Of a DNA stretch of 64,000 nt, positions 1-12,365 are shown in pieces (the first letter of the stretch is position 1; the number at the start of each line of letters is the position of its first letter). The DNA lies in NCBI GenBank assembly GCA_013239625.1, contig MU053304.1, positions 1,178,001 through 1,242,000 of the forward strand, given 5' to 3'. Under the pieces are notes generated by a model that was not told the origin of the DNA, did no database searches, and saw nothing but the letters and a program-made list of their open reading frames with translations. This DNA is from Lama guanicoe. Its lineage: Eukaryota. The translations under genes were made by a program, and so were the position numbers.

Positions 1-619
1 CACACTTTATTCTGATTTATTGCTTTAAAAATACATTTAATTATAACTACTAAGTAAAGGAATAAATAAGAAGTGTATAACTTTATTATCAAATATATAA
101 ATAAAAACTATATCACACAGCTCTTAAAGTATGAGTGCAGCAATTAAACAAATCCTTTTATTTCTTTCATTTACTCCTCAGGTTCACCAATTCTTATGCT
201 TGAGGGGCAAAAACAAAGAAATAAAACCCCTTAAAACTCCTGCATTGGAAACTTCTTATGTCTAAATTTGCTTTGTATTAAGCTTACATATCTTATACTA
301 ATGTATGCTACTCAGTGATCCAACTTCTTAAGTAATTAACTGAAAACCTAGGAAAGGTTAAAATTCATGAATGGCTCCTAACTGGTAACCAAGCAGGTTG
401 ACAACACATGTCCCTAGAACACTGCTAAAAGGCTAAGAAGCATAATGCTTTAAGAAATAGTTTTTAATAAATGTTAGATTAATATGCATAGAGCAACTAA
501 GTATTTATTGTGTTACTGACTTTACAATGCATATACTAAAGAAAACAAAAGCAGCTACTGAGACAAATGTTACAGGTTAATAGTGAAATCATGGATGTGT
601 CCTTAAGTACGTTCATTAA

Positions 620-790
620 AGACACGGAGAAAGATACCAAAATAACCAGTCAAAAGAGGCGGTACCTCTAGGGAGCAGGAAAAGTGTGGAGGACTGGTAT
701 TTTCACTTACAAACCCATTTTGTAACTATTTGTCTCCTTCGATTTCACATGTATAATTTCAATAAACATAAAAACTAAGTTTAAGGAAAT
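620..790 (+). mobile_element. Old L1 (L1ME-like) 3' end fragment
   Basis: ggtacctctagggag...catgtataatttcaataaacataaaaac resembles old L1 3'UTR termini. Confidence 0.45.
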
Positions 791-940
791 CAATGGATAA
801 TATAAAACAATCTATCGTTAACACATAAAAAGTATTCTTTATACTACTCATAAAACATTTGAATGGAAGGCTGAATGACAGAGAAAAGTAAGGCTGCCAA
901 TTTACTAATCTTGAAAATCAGATAGAGCCAATAGGACCAG

Positions 941-1112
941 CAGTGTTTTTCAAACTTTGATCATGATCTGTAAGAAAACTATTTAAAATGTTACACATGT
1001 GTACTTGCACAACACACACACACACACAGCCAAAACTGATATTTTCTATTTTATTCAATTATATGTTTTTTAAAAAAAGTTGGTGACTAAACTAGTTTTC
1101 CTGAATCACTAA
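941..1112 (-). mobile_element. hAT-Charlie MITE (Charlie4-like)
   Basis: Terminal cagtgtttttcaaact, internal CA-run and gatattttctattttattc; homologous to the copies at 12.1 and 24.8 kb. Confidence 0.55.
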
Positions 1113-1129
1113 TTGATTTTTGTGATAGA

Positions 1130-1510
1130 CAATAAAGAGGAACATGAAAATCTGGAACCAAATACAAACAGTTTAAGAGTTGAGCATGAAGCTTCAGTCT
1201 CCTTACTTCAGTCCTTACAAGCAACAGAGGTTAATCCCTTCACAGAACAACTCATGACCTTCCAACAAGGCTCAAATGACAGCAAAGGCACCACTGAGAG
1301 TGGACTCTTCAGCTCACAATGCTTCCTCCTAGAAGTGGAGATGGTACCTTCACAGGGGGCTGGTCCACCATCAAGCAGACTATTCACAAGGCTCTGTATC
1401 CTTGAAGGACATGAAACACACAGGGACATGCCTGAGTTTTGGAACTGACAATCCCAAGAGTATGCAGATGCCCAAGCTGGAAGTAACAACAATTAAGCAA
1501 GGTTAAGATA
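1130..1510 (+). mobile_element. Decayed RTE-clade LINE fragment (MamRTE1/BovB-like), N-terminal RT region
   Basis: One frame gives NLEPN...QATEVNPFTEQL...*QSQEYADAQAG, resembling RTE/BovB HLEPD...KASGGDGIPVEL...RELPDVQAG. LEP-to-QAG spacing is 107 codons here versus ~113 in the recalled BovB sequence. Confidence 0.55.
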
Positions 1511-2309
1511 GTTAAAAGACACCTTTTACCGTAACCATCTGCTTGCCTCTCATTTCCACTTTCCCCCCTTTATCATAAGCATTTGAAAGACTTTTAGGGA
1601 ACAATAACAAGAATCCACTGACCAAGGCTCTTCAGTAACTTTTCACTGCCCTTATGATAAAATCCAAATTCTTTACCACAGCGTTCGAGGCTTTACCCAT
1701 CCCCAACTCAGCAGCACAGCCCTCTGGCCTCTATTACAGAGGTCCAACCACACTGAGGTCTTTTCTGTTCATTAATATGGCAACTATCTCACACATGCAA
1801 ATATTGCAAAAATCTTAATTTTTAGATCTAGATGGATATATGGATTTTCATTTTTACTCAATTTTCTGTATGTTTAAGTGTTTTCTTAAACTATGTTTTT
1901 CCTAAACTGTATTTTAGACAGAACTGGAGTTCATGAAGGAAATGGACAAAAATACATATTATAATTTAAATAATTAATTTAGTTTTCAAATACCTACTTC
2001 CCCCATCCCTTCAAAAAAAAAAAGGTTCATAATAAGCCTCAGGATTCCTTGGGCTGAGTCAAAATTACTAATGCCATTAGGAGAAAGCTAGTCACTGTTA
2101 GAATTATAAAGAGGGCTGTGGAAAACCCATACCTACATTTCTCAAACTAGGGGTAAGCCTGCTCCTAATGGTAATCAGGGTGTATGCTTGAATCCCAAAG
2201 ATAAAGAGTTAGAGGGGAAATTTAACTTGAAAACTAGGGGGAGTGGGGACAGGAGTGGGGAATAATTTAGCATGCTTTTATATTAAAATTAGTATTTATG
2301 AAATTAAAT

Positions 2310-2820
2310 GCTAAAACTGCATGAAAGGAATCTGCATGAACATTTAGCACTGCACACCCCTTAGCTTTCATGTATTTGTTGTTTTCCTGTCTCTCCAAAT
2401 GCCCTTTCTTTCTGCCTTTAATTCAATGACTCATCTCTATTCCAATGTTGATGTCCTTCAAGGTTTTATCTTTGCTGTCTTCTTACCCTATATTCTGAGT
2501 GATCTCATCTACCCATGTTTTCAACAACCTGAAATCTATCTCCAGCCCCAACCAATCAGCCTGCAGTTACAACCGCTGCTTCCTACAGATGTCCTCCTGC
2601 AACTCAAACCTCATCCCCAAGTCTTGCTTATTTTTCTAAATTCCCCTTCACAGTGAATGGATCCATTGTTCACCCAATCACAAAACTTGGTCTTTACAGC
2701 AGACTCTTTCCACTCATTAACTCTTCCATATAATCAGTTCAAAATTTCAGTAAATTCTATTTTCTAAATCTTTCTATCCCTACAGACACCAAAGTGGAGA
2801 CCCTCACTATTCTCCACATA
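2310..2820 (+). mobile_element. L2 fragments
   Basis: Pyrimidine-rich L2-type text: gatctcatctacccatg, aaatctatctccagccc, gatgtcctcctgcaactcaaac. Confidence 0.6.
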
Positions 2821-4044
2821 GGGCAAGTGGCTGTCAATGGGGCCAAAATTATCCCAAGATGTTCTGGAAATGTGGCTGTCACAATAGCTGGGACGTTTAC
2901 TGATCTGCTGAAATCACTTAAAAAGGGAGAGGAGTTGCTTTTTGTGTCATTGTTCACATAAGCACAGTCCTCAACTAGCTTCTATATCCTTGGTGTAGAG
3001 GGGAGAAGAGTTAGGCTGGGGATCAGAATAATTGAAGCCTTTCTATCCATTCCTGCATCTATGTCCATCACTGAGAGTTAAACTTCAAGCTTTAAAAAAA
3101 ATGGTTACAGTGTTCATTCAAAATTCAAACACTAAAGGACTACACAAGGTAGAAAGTGAAAACCACCTGCAAAGCCTACAGGGACAGCTAGTATTAACAG
3201 TTTGATTAACAGTCTTTTTATTACTTGCTCTGTATTTGTGGTCTTTTGCACTGGGAATCTACTCTTTTCTCCAAAACAGATGGAGACCAGATGACAGCAG
3301 AAATGGTCACTTCTATCTTACAAAGCACAAAAACTTCAAATCAAGTATTAATACTCCACCCCAAGAAACTGCTGGGTAACACACAGAACACCCACTGGGA
3401 ACCCAGGAAGTCTGACATCAGTAGAGTCAGGATGGTTAGGCACTGCCCTTCTTAGGCACTCTGATTGCTTTTGACTTGTGCAACACACCCCTAACTGTAA
3501 CTAACTCTAGTCACGTACGTACTGACAAATACTGAAAAGTAGCCAAATGGTTCATAAGCCACTAATTAGGACATTCATTCATTCAAGAACCAACTGTGCA
3601 CACACTATGTGCTACAAACTCAAGGCACCAAGAGTGCTTGCTCTCAAGCAGACACCATTCTGGCACATGTAGGTGTGGGTGTCAATGTTTAGAGACAATA
3701 ATGAAAAGCTGCTGAATGACAACACATTCCTAGACAGCTGAGTTCACAGGACACTATGTTAACATATCTGCTACATCTGACTCACAAACTTTGTGTTCAA
3801 CTGAAAAAACTGCATACAATGAGACTGCTGTACATAAGAACTATTAAGGTACTTAATTAAGTAGTCATGGAAAGTGTGAAATGTAGTACACATCTGAATC
3901 CATTTTTTAGATAGCTGGCTCTGAGACTGAATCCCCTGCTTCTAGGTTAATGCTACCTGATTCAAATAAATATTAAGTATTTACAATATGCCAGATACTG
4001 TGTTAGGTGGTAGACTATCTATACAGTAAGGCAGGGCAATCATA

Positions 4045-4250
4045 TAAAGCAGAGTAGTTAATTACATGGGGTTTAAAGACAGCCTGGGTCCCAATCCTGA
4101 TTTCACTTAACTGACCTACACTTTTCTAAGCTCCCTTTCCTCTTCTCCTAAAATGGGAGAAACAATTGCTCCCTGACAACTTGGTACAAGAATTGCACAT
4201 GTTTCAAGTGCTTAGCACAGCATTTGCATATGGTAAAATCCGAATAGTAG
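4045..4250 (+). mobile_element. MIR SINE
   Basis: agcctgggtcccaatcctga...taaaatgggaga...gtgcttagcacagca. Confidence 0.7.
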
Positions 4251-4469
4251 GAAAGGATAGTTATGTGGGTTTTTTTTCCCTTCTAAAATCTGATTCATGA
4301 CTATTATTTCCAGAACCAAAATGCGTGTAAAAAAAAAGATATCCACAGACTGTACAGCAATATAAAATGAGTGATCTTATCCTTTTTAAAACTGCATTTA
4401 AAACTTCTGATTCAGTTTTTGGAAGGATGGGATATATACCCTTATAAGCTGCAAATAAGATGCAATGAC

Positions 4470-4564
4470 TTATATGTATGACTGAAACATTATGCTGCAC
4501 CCCAGAAATTGACAAAACATTGTAAACTGACCATACTTCAAGAAAAAAAGATGAGGGGGAAAAA
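4470..4564 (+). mobile_element. Young, extremely 5'-truncated L1 3' end with TSD
   Basis: tgtatgactgaaacattatgctgcaccccagaaattgac...tacttcaa plus A-rich tail; TSD aagatgcaatgac at 4457-4469 and 4565-4577. Confidence 0.85.
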
Positions 4565-4909
4565 AAGATGCAATGACACTGAGCTCCATTAAAATAAACC
4601 ATGAGTAACTTTAAGAAATAGCTGAATCTTTTGGTTAATTACCAAAGCTACCAAATACACAGCTCATCATCAACTATGTCAAAATCAAAATTAAGTGTTC
4701 AAGAGCATACAAGGCTTTGACAGGTGCTTTGCAATTAATAGATCTTGACCAGCCCAATGATGTTCAACACTGAACAGTATGCAGGAGTCAAATGACAGTT
4801 TTTAATAGCCTAGATGGCAAATCAGATGGTTGCCTTGGTGGTAATAGTAGCAGTATTCAAAATAATGTAAGATCTCTCCTAAAGTACTATATACTTCACA
4901 GCTTACAAA

Positions 4910-5340
4910 GCCCCATCACTTCTTCGTTTAACCTTTCCCCCAATGACCTCCCGTTTCACTCAGAATAAAACCCACACTGCTGACCAAGGCCTGCAAGGCT
5001 CCTTGTCATCTCCTCCTCTCTGGCTTCAGCCACACTGCCTGGCTTGCCGTTCCAGTGCCAGGCCTAAGCACATTCTCCACAGTTCTCTCCCTCATTTTAC
5101 TCACAGGGCCCTCCCTGACCAATGTTTCCAAAATAGCGCTCTCCCCAAATCTCATCTTATCCTGCTTCACTGCTCTCCCAGCACTGATCACCACTACCCC
5201 ACACACATTAATAAAGAAGGGAGCAAATAAACATCAGTCCCAGGAAAAGGGCTTTGCTGGTTTCACTCATTCATTGCTGTAAACCCAGAAACTGGAATAG
5301 TGTCTGGAACATACTTGTAGAATATTCGTAGAACAAACAA
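4910..5340 (+). mobile_element. L2a 3' portion
   Basis: cactcagaataaaaccc...ctcattcattgctgtaaacccagaaactggaatagtgtctggaacata. Confidence 0.75.
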
Positions 5341-5409
5341 CCTATCTATTTTGATCCTTGAGGAAAGAGTAGAACTCTTTTGATCCTTTATTCCTAACGG
5401 GAGTTTAAT

Positions 5410-5530
5410 CATTTTTTTTTCCTGTTCTATAGATGAGTAAACTAAGGCTCAAAAATATTGAATAATCTGTTCAAATACCATGAAGCTAGTTAATAAAGTG
5501 GAAAAGCAAGGATTTCCAAGGTTTTGACTC
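5410..5530 (-). mobile_element. MIR SINE core
   Basis: tatagatgagtaaactaaggctcaaa. Confidence 0.65.
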
Positions 5531-5749
5531 TAACTCTTATTAGCATCATCTGTCAGGTTATCTATTATCTTTCATATGACAGTGAATATGTTTATTATAT
5601 ATCAGTAGACTTAAAAATGCTTCTCTCTTAAACCTGCTTCTCTAAGATTTATGTACTAAGATGGCAACTGAATCATTATTTAAAACAGTGGAAAAAGGAA
5701 AAAATCCTCAGGAAATATAATTAAACATTGTGAAGTCACTTAAAAATCA

Positions 5750-7340
5750 AAGCTTCTGAAGATTTCTACTGATGTGAAAAAATGCCCACAATCCTTTTTA
5801 ACTGAAAACACTTCAGATAAACAAGTGTGTGTGTGTATATACGTGTGTGTGTGTATGTATGTATGTGTATATATATATCTCTCTCCTGTGTGTGATCTAA
5901 ATATGCAAACCCATATGCTAGAAGAAAAAATATCAAAGGTTAATAATGGATAGTGAGAATGTGAGTTGTATATTAAATTTTTCTAAAGGTTAAATATTTA
6001 CAATGTACATGTAATACTGTTTTTTACTGATTATTAAAGTGCTTTTTCAAAAAAAAAATTAGTACAAGATCATTCCCAATAAAAGGAACAAGGGCTCCAT
6101 GAAGGAACAGGAAATATATAAAGTGAACCTGGGACATGTTACCTCAGAGAGCAAAGATGAATGGAGTCATGCCAAAAAAGACACAGGAACCAATCTGAAA
6201 GACTCCCATAGGCCTAGGATAGTACAATTTGGGTACAAAAAAAGAAAAATTACTGCAATGAATTGACATGCAAATTAAAAGTTACATATATAATTTGTGA
6301 AAATGAATGTATGTATATGCAAGACTGGGACGTTGTGCTATACCCCAGAAATTGATACACTGTAATTGACTGTACTTCAATTTAAAAAGTTACATGTACA
6401 ATTTGTAAATTATCATATATAATAAGTAACTATAATACAGTTAATATGAAACATTAAAATCCTTGAAAATTATAATACTAAAAAGGAAAATTTACTGGTC
6501 ACCTTAGAGTTTGTGAGAACTCAATACCCCAAAAACTGGGAAATAAAAGAAAGGGAATGGCACATTTATCCCATCTTTTCTGTAACAGCCTGTTTTTGAG
6601 ATAACCAAATAGTTGAATGGGAAAGTTCTTTATAGAAGATTCACATAGCTAATAATGTAAAAAAAAACAGAAAATCACCATTTTGTAATCCTTGATGAAA
6701 TAAGCATCAATTTAGGCAACAATCATCAATGGCCATCAAAATCAGAGGTGAAAGGTTGATAGAGAACTTCACAGTGGATACACTGGACCTGATAATTTGG
6801 AACACACTGATCTATCACTAAAAATAGGAAAACCAGACATCAATGTGTCTCATGATAGGATGCAACAGGAAGTGCAAAGCTCTACTTATAAAAATATTTG
6901 ACCTCCTTTCCCCTACTTTAAAAAAAAAAGAATCTAATTAAGTTTCTAGATCTATCAGTCTACAGGAAACACAGGGGATGGAGGAACAAGTTTAACAACA
7001 TCACAAGGAAGCACTGAGTCAAACCCAAAACAAGGGATACTCAACAAGACAAATATTGGGTTTCGGCAACAAATCAAATAGCACGAGAGGAGAGGGGCAG
7101 GAAAGGCACGAAGAGGATGTTAAGTAATAAAAGAGACTCACTAGACATAGTTAAATGTATGCATTTTCTCTGAAGCTTGATTCAAATCAACTGTATAAAA
7201 GATATACAAGCAAATCAGGAAAATTATACACTGGGTATGATAATTAAGAAATTACTGTTATTTTTGTTAGGTATTATATGTAAAAGAAAATCCTTATTAA
7301 TTAGACATACATACTGAAGTATGGGTGGTTTGGGGTTTGC
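5750..7340 (+). mobile_element. Old L1 3'UTR (L1MC/L1ME-like), interrupted by a younger L1
   Basis: ttcccaataaaaggaacaagggctcc...; gataggatgcaacaggaag; ttagacatacatactgaagtat. Contains a (TG/TA) microsatellite at ~5825-5878. Confidence 0.7.
6299..6384 (+). mobile_element. Young, extremely 5'-truncated L1 3' end with TSD
   Basis: Related to 4470-4564 (gtgctataccccagaaattga...tacttcaa). 22-bp TSD aaaagttacat(a/g)ta(t/c)aatttgt at 6277-6298 and 6385-6406, at a TT/AAAA endonuclease site. Confidence 0.85.
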
Positions 7341-10199
7341 TTCACCCACTAGAGATGGTCTTGCAGGGTGAGTGAGCAGGAAATCTAAGAAAGCATCTAT
7401 AATCTAGCTACTACTATGTACCAAGCTGGACCCACACTAGCTTAGCAACTCCAACTGTATGTTGTTTATGCCATGAATATAAACATGGCAAAATTCTGAC
7501 TAAAGTGTAATAGAGTCATGTAATTAACCAAGATGAAATACTGAAAAGGTTGATCTGGGTTCTCAAGTTTGTGGCATAATTTGCAGAACCATCCTGTTTT
7601 AGATCATCATAGCTCTTTCGCATTGACTTTTTATTAGTGTTAAATTAGAATAAACTTAATAAATTGATCACCTGGGCATTACACTATGCCGTGTATTCTC
7701 TAATCCAAGGTCTATGAATGCTTTCTACCCATGAAACTACCTCTTCTCACTTTCCCCAGCTCCTATGGTAAATACTTCCTGTACATCTTAAGATTCACAT
7801 AAAAGGCCAGCCCTGAGATCCCATGTTGAGTGTGCGCATCAGGATTCAAGGCAAGTCTCTTGACTCCAGATTTTCTTTTTATTTGTTCTGTCATCTTATA
7901 CAGATCAAGTATTACAAAAATGTACAACATAAAAGTATGAAAATTATCAAAAACAGTAACCAGAAATAAATGTTCATTAAGTGACTTTTTAAAAACATTT
8001 TGAAATTCTGATCAAATAGACAAAAGGCAATTTTAAGATTATTATGAATTAAATATGAAAAGGATACCCCCTGAATATCCCTTGTCCTTCCCACACACAA
8101 AAAACTACCAAAAAAAAAAAAATGGCCAATACCTCTGTTCCATATGCTTTGGAGAGGATTTTTATTGCTCATCATTGACAACCCAAGTTCCTTTTGTGTT
8201 AAGTTATCAGAAGCACATTGCATAGAGAACTAGGAACTACTTTCCAGCTCCAACAAGTCTCCCAAACACATACACAGGTCTGAGAGATCAGAGCTTCTCC
8301 AGGGATTCATCCTCTGGGAAAATGCCCTATTAACTAAAACAAAGCTCCTTCAGGCATATGCTTAATAATTTTTCCAGAGCATTTTTAAAAAAGAGAGATT
8401 GTCAGAGACTTCAAATCTTTTTAACATAGAGGTGTAGGTAAGAGCAGACTATTGTTGGTGAAACATTCTCCATGACCCTAAAGCTCAATGTACCAATTAC
8501 ACATGTCATATGGATCATTAATTACAATTTTTCATAATCAAAAGTAGTAAAAAAAATTACTATGTAAATGGATCTTTAGTAGTATTCCCACAAGTTTAAA
8601 TTTCTAGAGAAAAAATCCTATTTTAAATTAATAGCTTTTTGTTCTGAATGAATTGCAGATCAAATACTTAACGATATAGGCTTAGTAAATGAGATGTTTA
8701 GAAATAATTTCACTTTTTTGTTCTAAAACAGGCTTTCTGTTATTCCTTGAAAGTTTCTTTTAGTTATACTAAACAAGGGAATGTCAAATTATGAATGTTT
8801 CTGAAATATGCTCTAATGATAAAATTCATTCTTTATTTGAACAACAAAGCAAGAGACACCTTATAGAAGAAGGCTTTGCTTTAGTAGATATTTAAACAAA
8901 AGTAATTTTACAAGGATTTTTTAAGCCACTGGCTCTTGGTTTTTTTTTTTTTAAAGCTATGTATTAATTTTACAAACAGGAAACTCATATTAAACCTCAA
9001 ACACTTATGGAGAGAACTATACAACTAGCGTCACATTTCACTGTGGACTATGCAATCATAGTGGATTTCCAAGACTAAAACTAGAATAATTAAGTACAAT
9101 AGAATATTTCAAGCTGCCTTAAATCCCTTCTGAAAATAGGCAGGCCACGTACAAACAATCACTTAAACAGTTCTAGAATTCCCTTAAAAATATGGTTGAC
9201 AGTGTTTTAAGCAAACTGAACATAACTCATTCTTAGGAGTTTATCATGTTTCAGAGCTCTTTGCCATCTTTCTTGTAAGCTTAAAAAACCTTAAAAATTC
9301 ACACACACACACTGACTTGAATCTGGCTTTCACAGAAAAATTTGCTCTTTATACATCTGCTTCTTGCTCCAGTTTAGTATTGGCCCAGTAATACAGTTTT
9401 CAAGTATCTTTTGTTGTTTAAAAGAAAGGTAGTTTGCTCAGGACTAAAATAAGTTGTCATGAATGGGAGTACTCTTCTAAATGTCTTTCTTCTAGTTGTG
9501 ACTAAATGAACGTCAAGTTCCAAATCTGCTTAATAATATTATAAAGTTGAGTTATATAACTTGAGGTCTACGTCCTTATATTTCAATTTTCTGTATGAAC
9601 ATAGCTTGGAAAAACTTTTAAATATTTTATATCAATAATTTCACACAAAATATACATTTAACAATGTCTTTTAAATTCATTATATAAGTAAATACGTACT
9701 TTTCTCATAGCTGAAATTGTTGGACCAACACATCTCTTTTCTGAGTCAGCAGGAGGTCACTGCAGCATTCCTCCAAAGGACAGACTGTTTTGTAACTATT
9801 TCAGCAAAAATACTTAGGTCATACATAGGCTTCAGGTCTTATTTCTAATGAATTACTGTATTTCTCTTTTGCGCCCAACCTGTCTGCCCAGCTTGACTTT
9901 TTCCTGGAAGTCATGTAAAATGAGTGAGAAAAAAGAAACTTCTTGTCTTTCTCTCTACCAGCCAGACATACCTGACTCTGGACAGTCACTGAGTATGTGC
10001 CAGTTCTTCATCTTCATAAAAACCAAAGAAATGATACTTGACCTGTCCACCTTAGGAAGCAATCTTCTATAAAGAATGACAAAGTAAAGGGCTGTTCTGG
10101 CCACAAAAAGACCACAGTGTTCTGTATACCAGATACCAGAACAACAGAAGACAAGGAGACTCTGACTGGGGTAAGGTAGCAGTCTGAGAGTCAGAACAT

Positions 10200-10720
10200 G
10201 AAGAAGAATAACTTGTACCGAAAGCCAATTTACGCTGCCATCAACAGTGCTTGAGGGCAGCCATTTCCTCACCAGCCACCCAACATAAGCCCTATTAATC
10301 TTTTTGATTTTTGCCAGTCCATCGGATTAAAAATGCTATTTTCTTGACCTTCTCCTCTACCTATCCACTCATCAATTTGATTCTTTTGACTGTCACCATT
10401 GACGACATGAACACCTTTTCATGTCTATTATCCATTTGTGTTTCCTTATCAAAATTGTACATCTCTACTGCCCATTATTCTACTGGGTTTGGAGTCTTTT
10501 TCTTATTGATTTATAGGATATTTATAATTATGAATATTATCCTTTCAGTTAGTTTTTTTTTTTTTGCAAATATGTTCTGGTTTACCATTTGTATTTCAAC
10601 TTTTTGTCAATGTACAAAATTTTCATTTTCTTCCAGCTTTATCTATCTTCTTTATGAATTCCAGATTTCCTATCAGGCTTGTAACTGCATATTAAATATG
10701 ATACATGATTTCATATTATA
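10200..10720 (-). mobile_element. Old L1 fragment (end of ORF2 region)
   Basis: ccatttcctcaccagcc...tttttgccagtcc...ccatttgtgtttcc...tttgcaaatatgttct, typical antisense L1M text. Confidence 0.7.
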
Positions 10721-11589
10721 GATATCAGAAATTATTTATAATTAAACAACATCCTTTTCTGAAATTAGTTCTAGTAGAAACTAATTTAACAAACCTCATT
10801 ATATTATCCAGTTTGACAGTGAAGCAACTTTCATACCAGGACTGCTTAGTTGTGGGGAAAAAATCGATCAAGAAATCCACTGTAACATGAATTCATGACC
10901 TTTCTCCAATTACCATCTTCTTAAGTTATTGGGGGAGGGGTGCAAAATATATTCTTTACATATAGTAACTATACTAAAATACATGTTAAATAAGGATGAT
11001 GTTAAACATTTAAATTTGATAGATTTTTCAAAAGTATAGGTCTGTGATTTGAGAATATTTTAAAAAAATGAATTTACAGACATGTGTTTTAGAAACAGAT
11101 TCCAATAATGATATAATAGACTTTCCATTCCTAGACTCATCTCAGTCTAAGCAAAGCCAGAGGCAAATTACTAGGCCTAGAAGTAAACTGACAGACTACA
11201 TCATCACACCTGACAGCAATTTCAGTAGGCATCAGGTAGGAATATTTTGTAGTAGACCTGTATCCTTATGTCCTAAGACTGGACATCTGGGACTGGAATA
11301 AACTGTATGCGAGAGATGTCAAGTAGAAAGAACTCAGGCATTTTGAACAGTCTAATCAGACGTATTAACATATAAATTACCACCACCATGCTAGACTGTG
11401 AGCTGTCTGGGAGCAAGAGCCATAATATTCAGTCTGTACTACGTTTAGCACTGCTGGCAACCAAATTTCTATAAAATGCATCCAGTTGTGATTTTGTTAC
11501 AAAGAATACAACTTGGGGGAGTTGGCTCAATCAGAGGACCACACGCTTCCCCAACCCCCTCCAGTTATTCTCTAGGATTTCAGCTTGTC

Positions 11590-12080
11590 ACCATCTGTCT
11601 TAAGAGTGTGGTGCTCCAAACGAGACCCTATACTCCATATGCAATCTGACCAGCCCACTGACCAGCCAAGACAGCCTATCCACAGATTTCATACAAACAC
11701 CATTAACAGTCTTGATACATTACATGAGCTCTCTATCCAGTAACTTAATTGACTTGAATGTTCAGTAGTGAACCACATCTTCACCCACTGTTTACTATAG
11801 CTTTCTAGGATTTATCTGTAGGGTTGAACAATAATTATTCATATTAAATTGCTTCTGATTTAGATTCAATATACATCTGACATTTCAATTTTATTTTTGG
11901 ATCTTGATTCTGTTATCCAGAGTATTATTAGCTTTCCTTACCAGATGTCTGTCAACTACAAATCTGATCAGCAAGTCACATCCTTTACTCCCTGCTAAAA
12001 GTACAAATACTGGAACTTTCCAGTTAAAGCCTGCCATCAGTCTGCATTGTGTGTACAGTCATTTAAACAACCACAAGGCC
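11590..12080 (-). mobile_element. CR1/L3 LINE fragment
   Basis: cttaagagtgtggtgctccaaac...tactccatatgcaatctgaccagc; tgtctgtcaactacaaatctgatcagc. Confidence 0.6.
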
Positions 12081-12129
12081 ACCAGGCCACCTAACTGCAT
12101 TACCACTAGTGGTGATGGCTTACAGATTT

Positions 12130-12365
12130 GTCTGATTTCATAACACACATATATTCATACACAAAAAATAAGTTATCACACACAGAAAGTATCACCAAAC
12201 AGCACTTATCCTCACTATGTAAAATTACACTGATATTCTCCATTCTATTTTATTCTATCCAGGTCCCCTGCTTCCTTCCCTCCCTTTTAAAATGCTAGTC
12301 ATACATAGCCCACTAAGTTGATTTCACAACCAACTGACAATATGGGACCCGCAGTGTAAAACAGA
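12130..12365 (-). mobile_element. hAT-Charlie MITE (Charlie4-like)
   Basis: cacttatcctcactatg...cccactaagttgatttcacaacc...tgggacccgcagtgtaaaaca. Confidence 0.65.

Noticed and set aside
1520..1545. Minus-strand ATGGTTACG|GTAAAA as a start-codon exon
   Set aside because: No polypyrimidine acceptor upstream, and it abuts a LINE fossil.
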